The notes beneath the pieces were generated by a model. The model saw nothing but the letters and a program-made list of their open reading frames with translations, had not been told where the DNA came from and made no database searches. 64,000 bases of DNA from the human T2T-CHM13v2.0 reference genome, Homo sapiens: the NCBI RefSeq assembly GCF_009914755.1, contig NC_060925.1; one strand, 5' to 3'. Shown one piece after another: positions 30,077 to 45,422 of the stretch. How positions within the stretch are numbered: the stretch's first letter is position 1; every line of letters begins with the position of its first letter. A program made the position numbers and the translations under genes.

Positions 30077-32220
30077 TTATCATTCTTGAAAATTAGAGGC
30101 CAACTTGACTGAATTCATGGAGATGGATTCTTTGAGGATTTCTTTGGGGGAGCAAGGGGTCATGATATAGCATCTCCCTGATGCTCTTATGGAAACAACT
30201 TGCAAAGTTTCCCCATCACAGCCGGAGAGGTGCACAGTGTTCCCAGAGCTATCCCAGAGTGACCAAGCAGAAGTCTGCAGCTCTGTCACCCTGAGTGGCT
30301 TCCTTCCTTGATCATAGAAGACACCCCTGATGCTCCAGGTGGGTAGAAATATTGAAACTCACTACCTCCTCCCCAAAGTAAACTCAGTCTTGAGAAAGAG
30401 ATCAGTCTTCCGAGTTGGACTTAGACCAAACTGTAAACAAACGCTTCTAAAAGGTCTCGACTTTCAGTTCTAAGAAAATAGAAAGCTACAACCTAACAGA
30501 AATCTAAGCAACAGAAAAGCTCAATTTTATGTGTCTTAAAAGAAGTCCTAAGCCCACAACTCATTGGAATACAATGGATTGGTTCTGCTCTTCTTCTCTT
30601 GTTCACTGGACTTGAAAGAGGAGGGAAAATGGTAATTACCTCACGGAACCTGTGCTTTAAAGGGCAGAACTATGTCACCTTAGGTCTGGCAGGAGCCAGT
30701 AGCAGGCTGCATCTATTAACATATTTTAGTTAAAGGAGATTCCTTCCTAGAGGGACAGCCAGTGGAAAGATGCTTTAACTTTTCATTTTTAATACATGAC
30801 TGGTTGCCATAGAGACCAAGGTAAAGCTGCTACACAGATTTTTCCTGGAGCAGCCAGGTGACATCCTTATGCCTGAGGGGTACTCTTCGTGTCTCCTTTT
30901 CCGTCTACTGCCCTTGTTGCGACTCTCCCAGGGGGCAGCAGGCACTTTGCTGGAAGCTGAGAATGCAGACACCACGGGAGCAGGGCCAGCTACATAATTT
31001 GTGGGACCCAGTGCAAAATGAAAATGCAGGTTCCCTGTTCAAAAAGGAGGACAAAAGTGCTGTTAAAGGTGCTAAAAGGCTTTCCTTTTCCTTCCACAGT
31101 CTTTTTCTCTCTCGTCATGATGCTTTTTCTTTGCAATTGAATTTTGTTGTAAGTAGAACAAAATTGAAATTTCAAATTAAACAGAAGATTTTACTATTTA
31201 CCTTTATAGTGTTCATCTTTAGAATGCCAGTTGTATGTGCGAACATAAGAGCATTTAATTAAGGCAGAATCACAGAAATTACCCAATTTCTATTTTATGG
31301 CTCATACATACATAGGTATTTTGTCTTACCAGGATGGTGGTAATGCTGCACAAAGCCAACTCAGCTGTCTCTTTTCCACCTATTGATCATGCACATATTC
31401 TACCAAAGCACTCTATCTTTAACTTACTGATGGTTGAGGAAGAACTAAAAGGAAAAGGAACAGTGGGTTTCTCTACATTGCCTTTTCCTTCCATGTCCTC
31501 ATTTTCAGCATAAGTGTTTGACTAACCCTGGGAAATAACACAAGCAAGTAAGAACATGATAGGGCTCCCGCGTCATGCTTGTTTCTTAAAACTCAATTTC
31601 CTTTCTACATTGGAAGTAAATTCTGGTCCAAACAGAAAGTGTCGCTTTTTGGGACACTGAGTCATGGACCTTCACACTGTCAGAAAAAAAGGAAAATTCG
31701 AAAGAAAAAGTTTAAACAGTGACCCAAGATGGCTTCAGTTGGGCACATGAGTAATAAAACCTAGGCCTACAAGCTAATGCTGACCTCTCGCCTGTATAAC
31801 TGAAACCAGCCCATTTTTCCATAGAACTAATATTTATGGTTTATTTTAATACAAATAGAAGTTTACCCCATCCCAGAAAGCTTGAAACTTACACACTTGT
31901 CTTATCTGAGCTCCTTTCACAAGACACTGACCATCAGACCCTCCAGAGAGTATCAAAGAACTGAAACTTACCAGCTCACCACATCCAGACAATGAGATGC
32001 CAGACCTCACACTCATCACAATGGCCTAACCGACTACCTGCTTCCCATTGACCAACTCCTCTTCCTTATCTCTCCCTTATTCCTGTTTCCCCTACGTAGT
32101 TACATTCCTTCCTCATTCTACAAACCCCTAATTTTAGTCAATTAGAGAGAGAGATCTGAGATTTACCTCCATCTCCTGGCTGATGTCACCTGCATTAAAG
32201 CCTTTCTTCCCTGGAAATAT

Positions 32221-32365
32221 GGCCAGACACCATGGCTCATGTCTGTAATCTCAGCCAACTGGGAGGCCAAGGCAGGAGGACAGCTTGAGCTCAGGATTTC
32301 AAGGCTGCAGTGAGCTACGATTGCACCACTGCACTCCAGCCTGGGTGACAGAGTGAGATCCCATT
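32221..32365 (+). mobile_element. Old Alu monomer (FLAM/AluJ-like)
   Basis: ggccagacaccatggctcatg...ctgcactccagcctgggtgacagagtgaga. Confidence 0.9.
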
Positions 32366-32509
32366 AAAAAGAAAAAGAAAGAAAGGAAAAGAAAAGAAAA
32401 AGAAAGAAAGGAAAAGAAAAGAAAAAGAAAGACAGAGAGAAGAAAGAGAGAAAGAGAAAGAAAGAAAGAGAAAGAAAAAGAAAGAGAGAAAGAAAAGAAA
32501 GAAAGAAAG

Positions 32510-32576
<67 letters not shown>

Positions 32577-32640
32577 AAAAAGAGAAAGGGAAAGGGAAAG
32601 GGAGAAAGAAAGGAAAGGAAAGAAAGAAAGACAGACAGAC
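32366..32640. repeat. Complex (GAAA)n/(GAAAA)n microsatellite
   Basis: ~275 bp purine tract with a long perfect GAAA run at ~32511-32578. Confidence 0.95.
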
Positions 32641-34811
32641 ACAGTGTCTCAGTGACTTTCTGTGAGGCAAGCAACCAGAGCTTGGCCGAACCCCTGGCAA
32701 TCAGCAACATAATTGGAGTTTATTAAATATTTCACTGGCAGATACTGGTTGTAATCCTGTTTATCAGATGTAGAACAAAGACCAGATGAAATCAATCACC
32801 CTCCACCAGACCCTAAAATGCCTACACGGTCATTAACTTTCTCCCTACCCACTCAAACACACAGTTACCTTATTTTATGTATATAGTCACTGAACACCAA
32901 TCAGAATCACAAGAACGCAACTGCTGCTCCACTATCTGCCTTTGGTGCTACACGTATCCCCCCGTTAGAAAATGTCATATGTACCCTGTGCCTCATTTAA
33001 CCTACTTCAGGACATAGGCTCAGTCTCTGCTGAGTCTGTGCTCTCAGGTTGAGCACATCTGTGATTTCTCTAAGTTCTGGCGTGTTATTCGACTTTAGGT
33101 GGAAACTATTTACCTTGTACTCACTTTAGGTCTCATGAACAGCCATGCTGCACAAGTCAACTGCGGTTCTACGCTCGCACAGTATTGCTCACATGGCGGC
33201 GTACAACAGTGGACATGCGTATTATGCATCTGTCCTTGGTTCATGCTCCATTGTCCCATCAGACTGCACTTACAAAACACACATTCAAAGATAAAATTGT
33301 AAGGAATTTCAAGACGGTGTCAGCAGATCATTAAACTCCACTGGTAGAGCTCTTCAGAGCTCCTGGCCTTGTTTGACTAGACAGGCCCAAGCAAACAGCC
33401 TGAGTTGGGTGATCTGGGCTGTAATTTTGATTCTTCCCCTCACATTTTATAAAGTACCTATTGAAAACTCGGTTTCCTCCTCTGTACTATTAAGGCAGAA
33501 CATTAGCTCCAAGGTGCCTTGACATAAAAACTATGCTTCTGGACTGATGGCCAACCCAAGCCTGAGAACTGGTTTAAATGGCTCAGCACAGAGAACCTGA
33601 GGGAGCCAATGATCCATATTCCATTTTACCAGCTAGACATTGAAGAAATTGACTCACATTTACACATTCTCTCCCACATCCAACTCCCAGTACAGCTCAG
33701 TTTGACAAACTTGCCTGACATAAGAACCCTCTGGAATATTTGTAGGATCCCGAGCCCCTTCTCCCACTCCCTATTCTCCAAGGATCACATTCAATAGCTA
33801 TTCTTACCCTTGGGCAAATTTCAGAAAGCTGGTCTTCTAATTTAAAAACTCTTGCAGTAAGCAATAGAAAATCATTTAAAAGATGCCCGTTTTAACCAAA
33901 AGCTGACATCTCGTCTAACCAAGAGACTGATCATTCAGTTTGGCATTCATAGGACCCCTCGATCTGCGTGATGTGTAGGGCCAAAGAAGACAGGCTCGGG
34001 GTGGGCAAAGTCACAGTGGCGGAAGTGAGGATCGCTTATTAGCAGGACAGTAAGGAGACCACCTGCCTCAGGAGGGAGTTCAAGGTGAAGAAAAACCTCA
34101 AACTGCAGTCACAGAGTACGTATCAAAGCACGCCGTCACCCAAACTAGCCTCTGGCATTAGCAGTTTAAAAGCCTGGAAAGGAAAGCTTGAATTTCAATC
34201 AAAACAAAACTCAAGTGAATTTTCTTACAGGTAAACCTGCTACACAGTCTAATTGCTCAGTTTCTTTTTCCCTCTTCTTGACTTACAGTGCAGGCAAAAG
34301 CTGCTCTGTCTAAAACCGTCAGGTCGATTCAGGCAAAATTTAAGATCTTCAGTGGAGCCAAATCAGTAAAGTCAGTTTTTTAGTTCCCGCATCTAAAGAC
34401 TGAGATTGGTTGACTGAATATTTCACTATGAAACCAACTGTAGAGACCTCATGTACACACAGCTTAAGATTGTTCTTTGCTACCATGGGTAATGCCTCCA
34501 GAATACTGAAACCTATTTCTAAGAAATCAATATCAAAAAATGAAAAGAACAGTGATGGAGTATTCCCCAACACACAGTGCCTGATCGAAGTACAGATAGA
34601 CTTGGAACTTGATCAGTGCCTGAAACAGGATCTGTGGCTACCCAGCATCCCCAGCTAATGATTCTATCTGAAGTCATGTCACAGAAGCCACTGTAAGAAT
34701 ACTTCCTACCAACTTGGCAATAGAGATGGTGTTTGTTCCTTACATGAAAAAGAGCTATGCTGTCCAAGAGCCAAGTGTGTGTTGTGTGAGTTAAGAAATG
34801 GGTAGGTGGTC

Positions 34812-35225
<414 letters not shown>

Positions 35226-36154
35226 TAATGAGTGGGTGGGTCATTAAAAAAAAAATGCAGAGAGGGAGGGAGAAAAAAGACTCCCTAAGCAAACTTTGTG
35301 TGTATGTGTGCATGGTGAGGATAAAACTCATGAAGATAAAATTCACCCAGTGAAATTCTAATTGTTATTATTAGCACAGCTTTACCTTTTACATAGAATG
35401 GTAACTCCTTTTGCACCTCTGTGTTTTTTCCTAGAGAAGAGAAAATTAGCAGTTTTGCTGTCAGAATTACAGCTGCAGCAGTTTTGGTCATTCATGCCAC
35501 AAGGTTTGACCTTCATTCACCTATGTACTGACTAAAAGCTGAAATGTATGGGAAGCAGAAACTCATAATAAAAAGAGAAGCTTATTTTTATAGCTTGGCT
35601 TTATTATATTCCCCAAAGAATGAAAGTTATTCTCTCACTAAATTTCTGCAGTTGCTTTTAGTATTGAATATTAAATAAATATTATTAATCTACAAATACT
35701 GATTTTGCTATGAGTTTGTTCTTTTGGAGAATAATGTTACATGACTGCATTTATTCTATTTCTGGGCTTCTAGTAGCAGCTTAAATCCTTAAAGTAATTA
35801 AAGTTTAAAGTGCCCTGCCAACAGCTGTAGGATGATTTCCCCACTCAATGCTTGAATTTCACGTCAAGTCCTAACACAGTTTCCTATCCCTGCCACTGCT
35901 CTTTTGACAATAGGGGTGGCTCAATATTTTAACAAATAAATATTAAGCACCTATTATGTGGCAGGTGCTATTTTTAAATACTAAATCCTTTAAACAAAGG
36001 ATAAACAAATCAGATAAAGTCTGTTTCATTCAGTGAAGGGAAGTGAAATAAATGAGCAAAAAAATTGGTTAATTTCAGGTAGTCACAAATACTATGATAA
36101 AAGTAATATAGGATGATACCTGCAGTGATTCTCAAACATGTTCAATTGACAGTG

Positions 36155-36465
36155 GGCCAGGCGCAATGGTTCACGCCTGTAATCCCAGCACTGTGGGAGG
36201 CCGAGGCAGGTGGATCACCTGAGGTCAGGAGTTCGAGACCAGCCTGACCAATATGGTAAAACCCCTTCTCTACTAAAAATACAAATATTAGGTGGGTGTG
36301 GTGGTGCATACCTGTAATCTCAGCTACTCGGGAGGCTGAGGCAAGAGAATTGCTTGAACCCAGGAGGCGGAGGTTGCAGTGAGCCGAGATAGCGCCGCTG
36401 CACTCCAGCGTCAGAGACAGAGCAAGACTCCATCTCAATAAATAAATAAATAAATAAAATAAAAA
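36155..36465 (+). mobile_element. Alu (AluSp/Sq-like)
   Basis: Full dimer with (TAAA)n tail. Confidence 0.95.
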
Positions 36466-36705
36466 TTGATAATGTCCACAGAGCGCTGGAGTAAAGACAT
36501 AGGCTGTGGGTAGAGGCTCCCCCAGGCCTTCCCTAGGGTGGAGAGGTCACTATGGCAGCATCCTTTTTTCCCACCAACAACACGCCAATGTACCAAGGTG
36601 CACTGGCTGGAAAGCTCTGCTACGGCAGTAACTAAACTCTGTCAGATAGAACTCTCAAGGAAGGCCTTTCTGAGGAGGTGACACTTGAGCTGAGACCAAA
36701 ATGAT

Positions 36706-37657
36706 TGCTACAGGATTAACAAGATCATATGTCCGCTGCATAGTATCAGACCAATTACATTGAGACAGAAGCGTCTGCAGCAGAGAAAGAGTTTAATGCT
36801 CACTGGGCAGCCAAGAAAGGAGATGGGAGGAGGCCAGGTGCAGTGGCTCATGCCTGTAATCCCAGCATTCTGGGAGGCCGAGGCGGGCAGATCACGAGGT
36901 CAGGAGTTCAAGACCAGCCTGGCCAACAGGGTGAAACCCCGTCTCTACTAAAGATATAAAAAATTAGCCAGGTGTGGTGGCGCATGCCTGTAATCCCAGC
37001 TACTCAGGAGGCTGAGGCAGGAGAATGGCTTGAACTCGGGAGGTGGAGGTTGCAACAAGCCACGATTGTGCCATTGCACTCCAGCCTGGGCAACAGGGCG
37101 AGACTCTGCTGAAACAAAGAAAGAGAGAAAGAGAGAAAGAGAGAGAGGGAGGGAGGGAGGGAATGGAGGGGAGGAGGGAGATGGGAGGAAACCCTCAAAC
37201 CCATCTCCCTAAGGAGTTCTGGGCTGGGGTTTTTAAGGGAATTATAGAAGGCAGGGGCCTGGAAATTTGGGGTTATTGATTGGTTGGGGTAAGGCAGATG
37301 AAATCATCAGGATGTGGAAACTGCGTCCTTTGGTGAGTCCACTTCTCGTGGGGTCCTTCAGACCAGCTGTCATTAGTGCCGCTGGTATGCAGGACCTGAA
37401 GGAATATGTCAAAGGGAAACCCTAATATTTTGTAATGTTCAAAATGTTACCTATAGAGCAGTTAAGGGGAGCTACAATCTAGGGTCTATGTGATTCTAGG
37501 ACAATAGGCACCAAACTGCTCTGAGGAAGCAGTTCAGAGAGCAGGCTGGCCTCATGATGAATGCTGAGTGTGCTACAACCTGGGTTTATTTTCATTCCCT
37601 CTGACCCCCGCCTGCTTCTTCCTGATTAATTTTATAAAGCATATAGGGATGGTGTCA
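36706..37657 (-). mobile_element. ERV1 LTR (LTR26-like), split by an Alu
   Basis: Reverse strand begins TGACACCATCCCTATATGCTTTATAAAATTAATCAGG. Confidence 0.7.
36832..37115 (+). mobile_element. Alu (AluSg-like) with a GA-rich tail
   Basis: Dimer; TSD-like ggagatgggagga. Confidence 0.93.
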
Positions 37658-37913
37658 CAATGAGAAGACCCCTGTGATCTGTGGGTCTGGGGTAGGAGCA
37701 TCCCAGGCAAAGGAAACAGCACATGCAAAATGCCTGAGGCAGGAAAGCACTTGGCATGTTTGGGGAAAGCAAGAGGCAGAATGGAAGGTGAAGAAAGGGA
37801 GAGAGTGCCAGAGGCCAGCTATGGAACCCATAAGCCTTGCAAGGATGTGGGCTTGATCAGAATTGCAACAGGGTGCCACGGGAAGGTTTTCATCAGGAGA
37901 CTGACATGATCTG

Positions 37914-37919
<6 letters not shown>

Positions 37920-37944
<25 letters not shown>

Positions 37945-38226
37945 GGAGACGGAGTCTCGCTCTGTCATCCAGGCTGGAGTGCAGTGGCACCATCTCGGCT
38001 CGCTGCAACCTCCGCCTCCCGGGTTCAAGCAATTCTCTGCCTCAGCCTCCTGAGTAGCTGGGGTAACAGGTGCCCGCCACCACACCCAGCTAATTTTTTT
38101 GTATTTTTAATAGAGACAGGGTTTCACCAAGTTGTCCAGGCTGGTCTTGAACTCCTGAGCTCGTGATCCACCTGCCTCGGCCTCCCAAAGTGCCGGGATT
38201 ACAGGCGTGAACCACCAAACCCAGCC
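37920..38226 (-). mobile_element. Alu (AluS-like)
   Basis: TSD gatctgatttac. Confidence 0.95.
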
Positions 38227-38812
38227 GATCTGATTTACGTTTTAAAGGGTCACTCTTGCTGCTGTGTGGAGATGATTCTGAAGGAAGAAATGGAAGCTGG
38301 GAGGCCAGTTAGTGAAACAGAATACTCCAGGCAGATTACCCGGCTTTGCATCCTGCCTTGGCTACAAAACTTACCTAAGGAACTGGGTCTATGTTTTACA
38401 ATCTACAGAATGGAGACAACGATTGATTTTCATATCCAAGAGACATTGTTAGAATCAAATGAAATGACACAAGTGAGAGGACTTTGAGAAATACAAAATG
38501 TTTTATGCATCTAAGGATTAAGCCACCCATTTCTAATCTCATCTCCCTAAACTGCCCTAAAACACTGCATCTGACACTACTTCTTGCTCTATGACCTTTC
38601 GGCTCCCTACTCATTAATTCTTTTGGAGGTGCTATGATGTACTATAACAGAAAACATAGGTTATGGTATATAGTACGGTACTATAAATACATAACCACAA
38701 AACATAGTCCCAATTTGCATTGCTTGAAATACATGTTTCTATGAAGAAGACTAGTATTTGGTGATCTGTTCTCCAAAAAGAAACTGTTTGGATGATCCAA
38801 AACACCATTCTG

Positions 38813-38816
<4 letters not shown>

Positions 38817-38848
<32 letters not shown>
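38817..38848. repeat. (CA)n microsatellite
   Basis: About 16 perfect units. Confidence 0.95.
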
Positions 38849-38850
<2 letters not shown>

Positions 38851-39079
38851 ATTTTATACACACATTAATACGTGCAGAACTTTCTTAGAGGCCAGAAAAC
38901 ATTTCAATTAAGAATTAAGATGATTGGTCTCTTAACCAAAATCCACCTGTGTAAAGAAACAATGTAGCAACCAGAAAGAAGTTCATGAGGACTTTTCCTG
39001 GTTCCGCCACTAAACCAAGCTCAAGGTTCACTCACCTGCAAATTTATTCATTCAGCCAACATCAAGTCAGTGCCCATTT

Positions 39080-39240
39080 TGTTCAGTTTTCTCATTTAAC
39101 TTCCATAGCACCCTGTGAGTAATTATCATTTTCCCTATTTGACAGGTGAAAAAACTAAGGCTTTGAGGAGCAAATGACTTACAAAAGTACTACTAGTTAG
39201 TGGTAGCATAGAGCATACCCAAAGCGCAATCCCAGTGTGC
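39080..39240 (-). mobile_element. MIR fragment
   Basis: ccctgtgagtaattatcattttccctatttgacaggtgaaaaaactaaggc. Confidence 0.7.
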
Positions 39241-39628
39241 AACTCGTGGGGCTCAGAGACCACTCCAAAAGGAAGGCCTGAGAAGCTGCCTCAGAAGCAA
39301 ATGTTTTTCTCTGGCCTTCTCCTCCCTTCCTGTTTCTGGCCCCTACAGCTTCCCCGGAGTTAGCCATCGAAACTAGAATCCCTCTTCCCCAAGGCAGGTC
39401 ACAGAAACCAGAACCCCTTTTCTCCAAAGCCAGCCATAAAACCTAAAAATATTACTCTAACTTTCCCTCTGCCATTCTATGTTAAAAAACTGGCCATGAA
39501 GAAATTAATCTGACCTACCTTATTTGACTGTAGGTCATAAGAGCCCCATTGCAGAAAGGGTCCTACCCCACGCCCCAGAAGGAAGGACTGCACAGAGGCC
39601 AAGAAGGAAGGAATGTATGCTCAGAGAG

Positions 39629-39803
39629 GCCCACCCTCTCTCCTTCTATTCCAGCATAGAACAGAGTCACACCTAATGCACCCACAGAAGAGCCCTTGTG
39701 TTTAATGCGTTGCTTTCAGTCCATTTCACCAGCGTGTAAGAGCCCATGTGGATGATACATGCTTTCCCCTTTAGTTTCAATCCAAAGACATCATTTCTCA
39801 AAA
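39629..39803. repeat. Inserted copy of the unique segment 42259-42433
   Basis: Ungapped 175-bp direct repeat with ~22 mismatches. Confidence 0.9.
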
Positions 39804-39938
39804 TAAATCTACACAGACAGGCCTTGCTAGGTTTCCCCACTCACTCTGTTAGCATTAGATCATTCCCTCTTTATCCAATCATATTTCTACATGACTGTCC
39901 ATACTATGTTGAAACTAAGCATAAAAATGGACACTGTC

Positions 39939-40241
<303 letters not shown>

Positions 40242-41463
40242 CTATTCTCCGTTTTGTGGTCTTCATTCTGAAGGCTCCTGTGTATACATATTACATAAAT
40301 GTGTCTGCCTTTTCTCCTTTGAATCTGCCTTTTGCAAGTTGATTTTTCACCAAACTTTGAGACCTTTTAGAGCACCTTGGCCCCTCCTCATCCCTCTCTA
40401 GACTGTGAGACCATTCACTGCAACTTCTAACTGCTGCTGGTGAGGGAGGAAGGCAGTGGGAAGGCACGCAAAACTGCATTTCAAATCAAAGGACAAATTC
40501 AGACCAGACGAAAACTAAGATAAAAGAGCCAGTCTTTGAAAAACATTGTTGTCTATTTCTCCTCTAATGTGCAGAGAGGTAACTGTTAAGAATCTGAAAA
40601 TGAATCAAACACACTTGCTCAGCAATAAAGAAAATGTAATTTACTTTATATTTCCTGCACTCTCATTCCAAGTGAGGGGACATGGGAGCAGCTTAGCGGA
40701 ACAATCCTGTACAATTTAGTTGGAAATGGTGGGTGGATATTAACACAACCCTCTCAGGACGGAGAAGAAGCTGTTAGCCCAACCTCCACCTCCGCCTCCT
40801 GGAGTCTGGCCAGGCTCATGCTGCCCTATCCAGATATCTACAGTGAGCAGCCCACAGGCACAGAGCCAAATCCAGAAGTAAGTAAAGTTCAACTTGATCA
40901 CAGGAAAAGACTGGAAATTCACTCAAAGGGAGGCCTCGGTGATTTATTACGGCCTAAAACGTGAGGCCTTAGCAAACCATCTTTCTCAATGGTCTTTGTG
41001 CTCTCTCAGGACTCAGAGCCTTTAGGAAAATGTCCTGCTGGACTCATGTAAGAAAGAAGGACTGCACAGCATTGCTGAGCCTTCAGAAAAACCCTGGGAA
41101 CACGGGTCCTATTAAGCAGCTTTGGAAGATGCCTTTGACCTAGCCGTCTAGTAGCCCACAAGCCAGTAACCTATAAGCCAGTTCTGCCAGAGATGACTGT
41201 TCAGGGTGACAATTCCAGGATTATACAACCCTCACAGTCTTTCCTAACATCTGCCTAACTCTGCCTATACAGTGCCCTTCTTCTGTTCTTCCGGAAAACA
41301 GAGAATAATTTTCCTTTCCTCCCCTCCCCCACCTCCTCTCTCCTTTCTCTCTCTCTCCTTTTCCCTCTCTCTTCTCACACAAACACACACACACAACCAT
41401 CAGTGTTGCAAGCCCTTCAATCTGTCTTTCTCCAAATCCAGGACACCTAATTAAACTTCTCCA

Positions 41464-41770
<307 letters not shown>

Positions 41771-42258
41771 ATTCCTCCAAAGAAGAAGAGAAAAACAGCA
41801 AACCATCTCCATTAACTTTCTTCACTCCTAGATTGCACATACAAATATCTTGTAAACCCTCGTGCCCCCAAAGACAGCATTCATTACTCTGGGCCTGCCA
41901 GGAGAATGATCTCAGCCCTTTAGAAGGCTAGGGCAAGGCTGTCTTCCGAAGTTCACCATGCTAACTTCTTGTCTCTGACACACCCTTAATCGCTAGTACT
42001 TAGAGGCATTGAAAAGCGAAAATAACTCTGAAGACCTGAGAGGCTGATAACTTGGCTACTTTGCAGCAATGTGCTGGCCTGGGGATTCGCAATCTCTGTT
42101 TCTTTCCTAGGTCATTTAAAGGGACACATCTCTCGATGAGACAATGTACCGCTCATGATGTCACCTGAGACAATCATGGGAGGGCAGTGAGTCCTGAGTA
42201 TTTGTGTCACTCATGTGGCGAACATTTCTGGATAATGGATAGCATGCCTGGCACTCCT

Positions 42259-42433
42259 GCCCACCCTCTCTCGGTCTATTCCAGCATCGAACAGGGTCAC
42301 ACCTAATGCACCTACAGAAAAGCTCTTGTGTTTAATGCGCGGCTTTCAGTCCATTTCACCGGGATGTAAGCGCCCATTTGGATGACACATGCTTTCCCCT
42401 CTACTCTCCGTTCAAAGACATCATTTCTCTAAA
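42259..42433. repeat. Donor copy of the 175-bp local duplication
   Basis: Matches 39629-39803 and retains more CpGs. Confidence 0.9.
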
Positions 42434-42529
42434 GTTTCAATCAGGACAATATGCCCCTAGCTACTGGGACACTGTTCCTCAGGCCCTTCTACTTACCCAC
42501 ACCTCCCACCCTGCTTAGCTGACCCTTCG

Positions 42530-42850
42530 ATTCATTTAGCCAGTCATTCCAAGAAGCATTTTGTGGGCATTTCCCGTGTGGTAAATGCTGGGCCTACCCC
42601 GGGCCATGAAAATGAATTATCTCTGCCACCAGAATCCCAGAGCCTAGCTGGGGAGACAAGTACGAAACTATCATAATAACATGACACCTGTGAAAGAAGA
42701 AGGTCTCTTGAGATGCTACAGCAACACAGATACGGAGAAATTACCAACCTGAGTGAGTCAGGAAAGGCCTCTCAGAGAGGGTGATAAGAGAAATGGTATT
42801 TACTGTGGGACTGAGAAAAGCATAGATGCTTACCAGGCGGAAACAGAGAG
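42530..42850 (-). mobile_element. L2 fragment
   Basis: ttcatttagccagtcattcc...gtcaggaaaggcctctcagagagggtga. Confidence 0.6.
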
Positions 42851-43494
42851 GGCGTAAGGAACCAACACTGATCAACAACAATGGGATCAGACACTGGGCA
42901 CTCACCTTGTAGTTCCAGCATCAGACGAAGCCTCACTCCAAGTCCTTAAGACACTTGGCTTAGTCTCTGTACATTGAGAATCACACACCTGCCCTTTCAG
43001 GGAACCTCTCGTTTAATTAAGCAGGAAACCAGTACTCAGCGGAGAGGAGCGGCTTGCTCATCGTCATCCCATGAGCAGTGCCTCTTGTTTTTTGTTCTCC
43101 CTAACTCCACTTCCAAATAAAATAAACCCTTTCTTAAAGCATTCTGATTCTTCATGTTAAAGCTTCCCTTGCCGAAAGAAAAGCATCCAAATGCCAAACA
43201 CTTGTAGGAAACAATATAGAGGCATCATCTCAGCCAGCAATGTGTGTAAGCCATTACTAAATCTCACAGCAGCAATCACACTGGTACAGGCAGAAATAAG
43301 GAAAACTTAAATGTAATAAATATGGCTCTTTCTTTTTAGAATCACTAGTACATGTTCAGTAGTAGCCAACTAATATCATTTAGGAAAACGATATTAATTC
43401 TATCATTTAGGAAAATGACAGTTGAACGTCGTTATTCAATAATTCAATAGATAGAATACCCATGGCTGGAGAGTCAAGATCTAGAACAGTCTCA

Positions 43495-43835
<341 letters not shown>

Positions 43836-44472
43836 GAATCAATGCTGCAAAGCAATGAAAACCTGCATCTGGAGGTGGGGCCTGATAGAGCTGGCCCTCA
43901 GGCAAGGGGAGAGCCATGGGTCTTAGAGGACCTGGCCCAGGAAGAAGATGACCAGCAAGGCCCTGGTCATGGGATGACAATGACCAAACCACTCCTCTCT
44001 GCTAAGTACTGGTTTCCTGATCTGTAAAATAAGGAGAAATTTGGTTGCTTACAAGTTTATTGTCTGAGACATGGGAGGGAGTTTGGACAGAAATGCTTTA
44101 TAACTATCAAGAATCCTTTAGAGAAAAGGGAATGGTGTCAATCAATAGCAACCCCTCTAATTGATGTACTGGGTTATGGGGACATGAAGTGCCGTGTTGA
44201 TATTTCTAGTACTTGTTTATCTCAAATGCCTTGGAGGGAAACGGTACATTCATAAAAATGAGCGACATGGAGGAGCATGTTTCTGGAGCTGAGTTGCCAA
44301 CCTTGATTTTCATGTGTTAATTTTGAGGTGCAGGTAGAGAGGTCCACAAGAGAGGCAGTTGAACAGGTAGAATATAGTTTGAGAGAAATTAGGACTAAAA
44401 ATACAGATTGGGTAAATATCTGTGTATAATTTGGGTGAGATTGATACCTGCAACCCATAAATCTGCTGCCTG

Positions 44473-44768
<296 letters not shown>

Positions 44769-45102
44769 TATGCTGCCTAAATGTCTTCTGAGCCTTCCAG
44801 ACTTTCCTTTAATAGTTCAGTAAAATGGCTCCAATTTCCATGTGCAGTCCATTTGAGATCAACTGTCCTGGACCTTGACTCTCCAGCCATGGGTGCAGTA
44901 CTCTATCTATTGAATTCCTGAATAATGATATTCAACTAATATTATATTCTACGGGAAACCCAGTGCTCCCACTAAGATTTCTGTAGATTCCCAGAAAATT
45001 AGGGGTGTGGAGTGCAGCTTATGTTTATTACAACTTTTCCTTCCATTGAATCTTCTATGTCCTTTCTAATTGGTTTGTAGTGACTCCCCAAAGCCCCACT
45101 AA

Positions 45103-45422
<320 letters not shown>

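Larger units (their letters stand above)
31801..32709 (+). mobile_element. ERV1 LTR (MER66-like; inner)
   Basis: tgaaaccagccc...ccatagaact... ends gaacccctggcaatcagcaaca; TSD taac/taat. Confidence 0.75.
31678..33103 (+). mobile_element. ERV1 MER4-group LTR (outer)
   Basis: TG start (tgtcagaaaaaaaggaaaattc), LTR-like 3' end (tttaggtgga); interrupts MER45. Confidence 0.5.
30981..33401 (+). mobile_element. MER45-family hAT DNA transposon, split by nested LTRs
   Basis: 5' end cagggccagctacataatttgtgggacccagtgcaaaatgaaaatg; the 3' part resumes at ~33100 (cttacaaaacacacattcaaagataaaatt...). Confidence 0.75.
35925..38330 (-). mobile_element. L2a fragments hosting Alu and LTR insertions
   Basis: taagcacctattatgtggcaggtgc; aaggcctttctgaggaggtgacacttgagctgagacc; gggtcactcttgctgctgtgtggaga. 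Confidence 0.7.

Noticed and set aside
32299-32710. Long hydrophobic F/L/S ORFs resembling membrane proteins
   Set aside because: Translations of the (TTTC)n microsatellite.
43374-43427. 27-bp-period direct repeat (tatcatttaggaaaa x2) as an array
   Set aside because: Only two units, an ordinary small tandem duplication. No CRISPR-like or satellite structure anywhere in the window.
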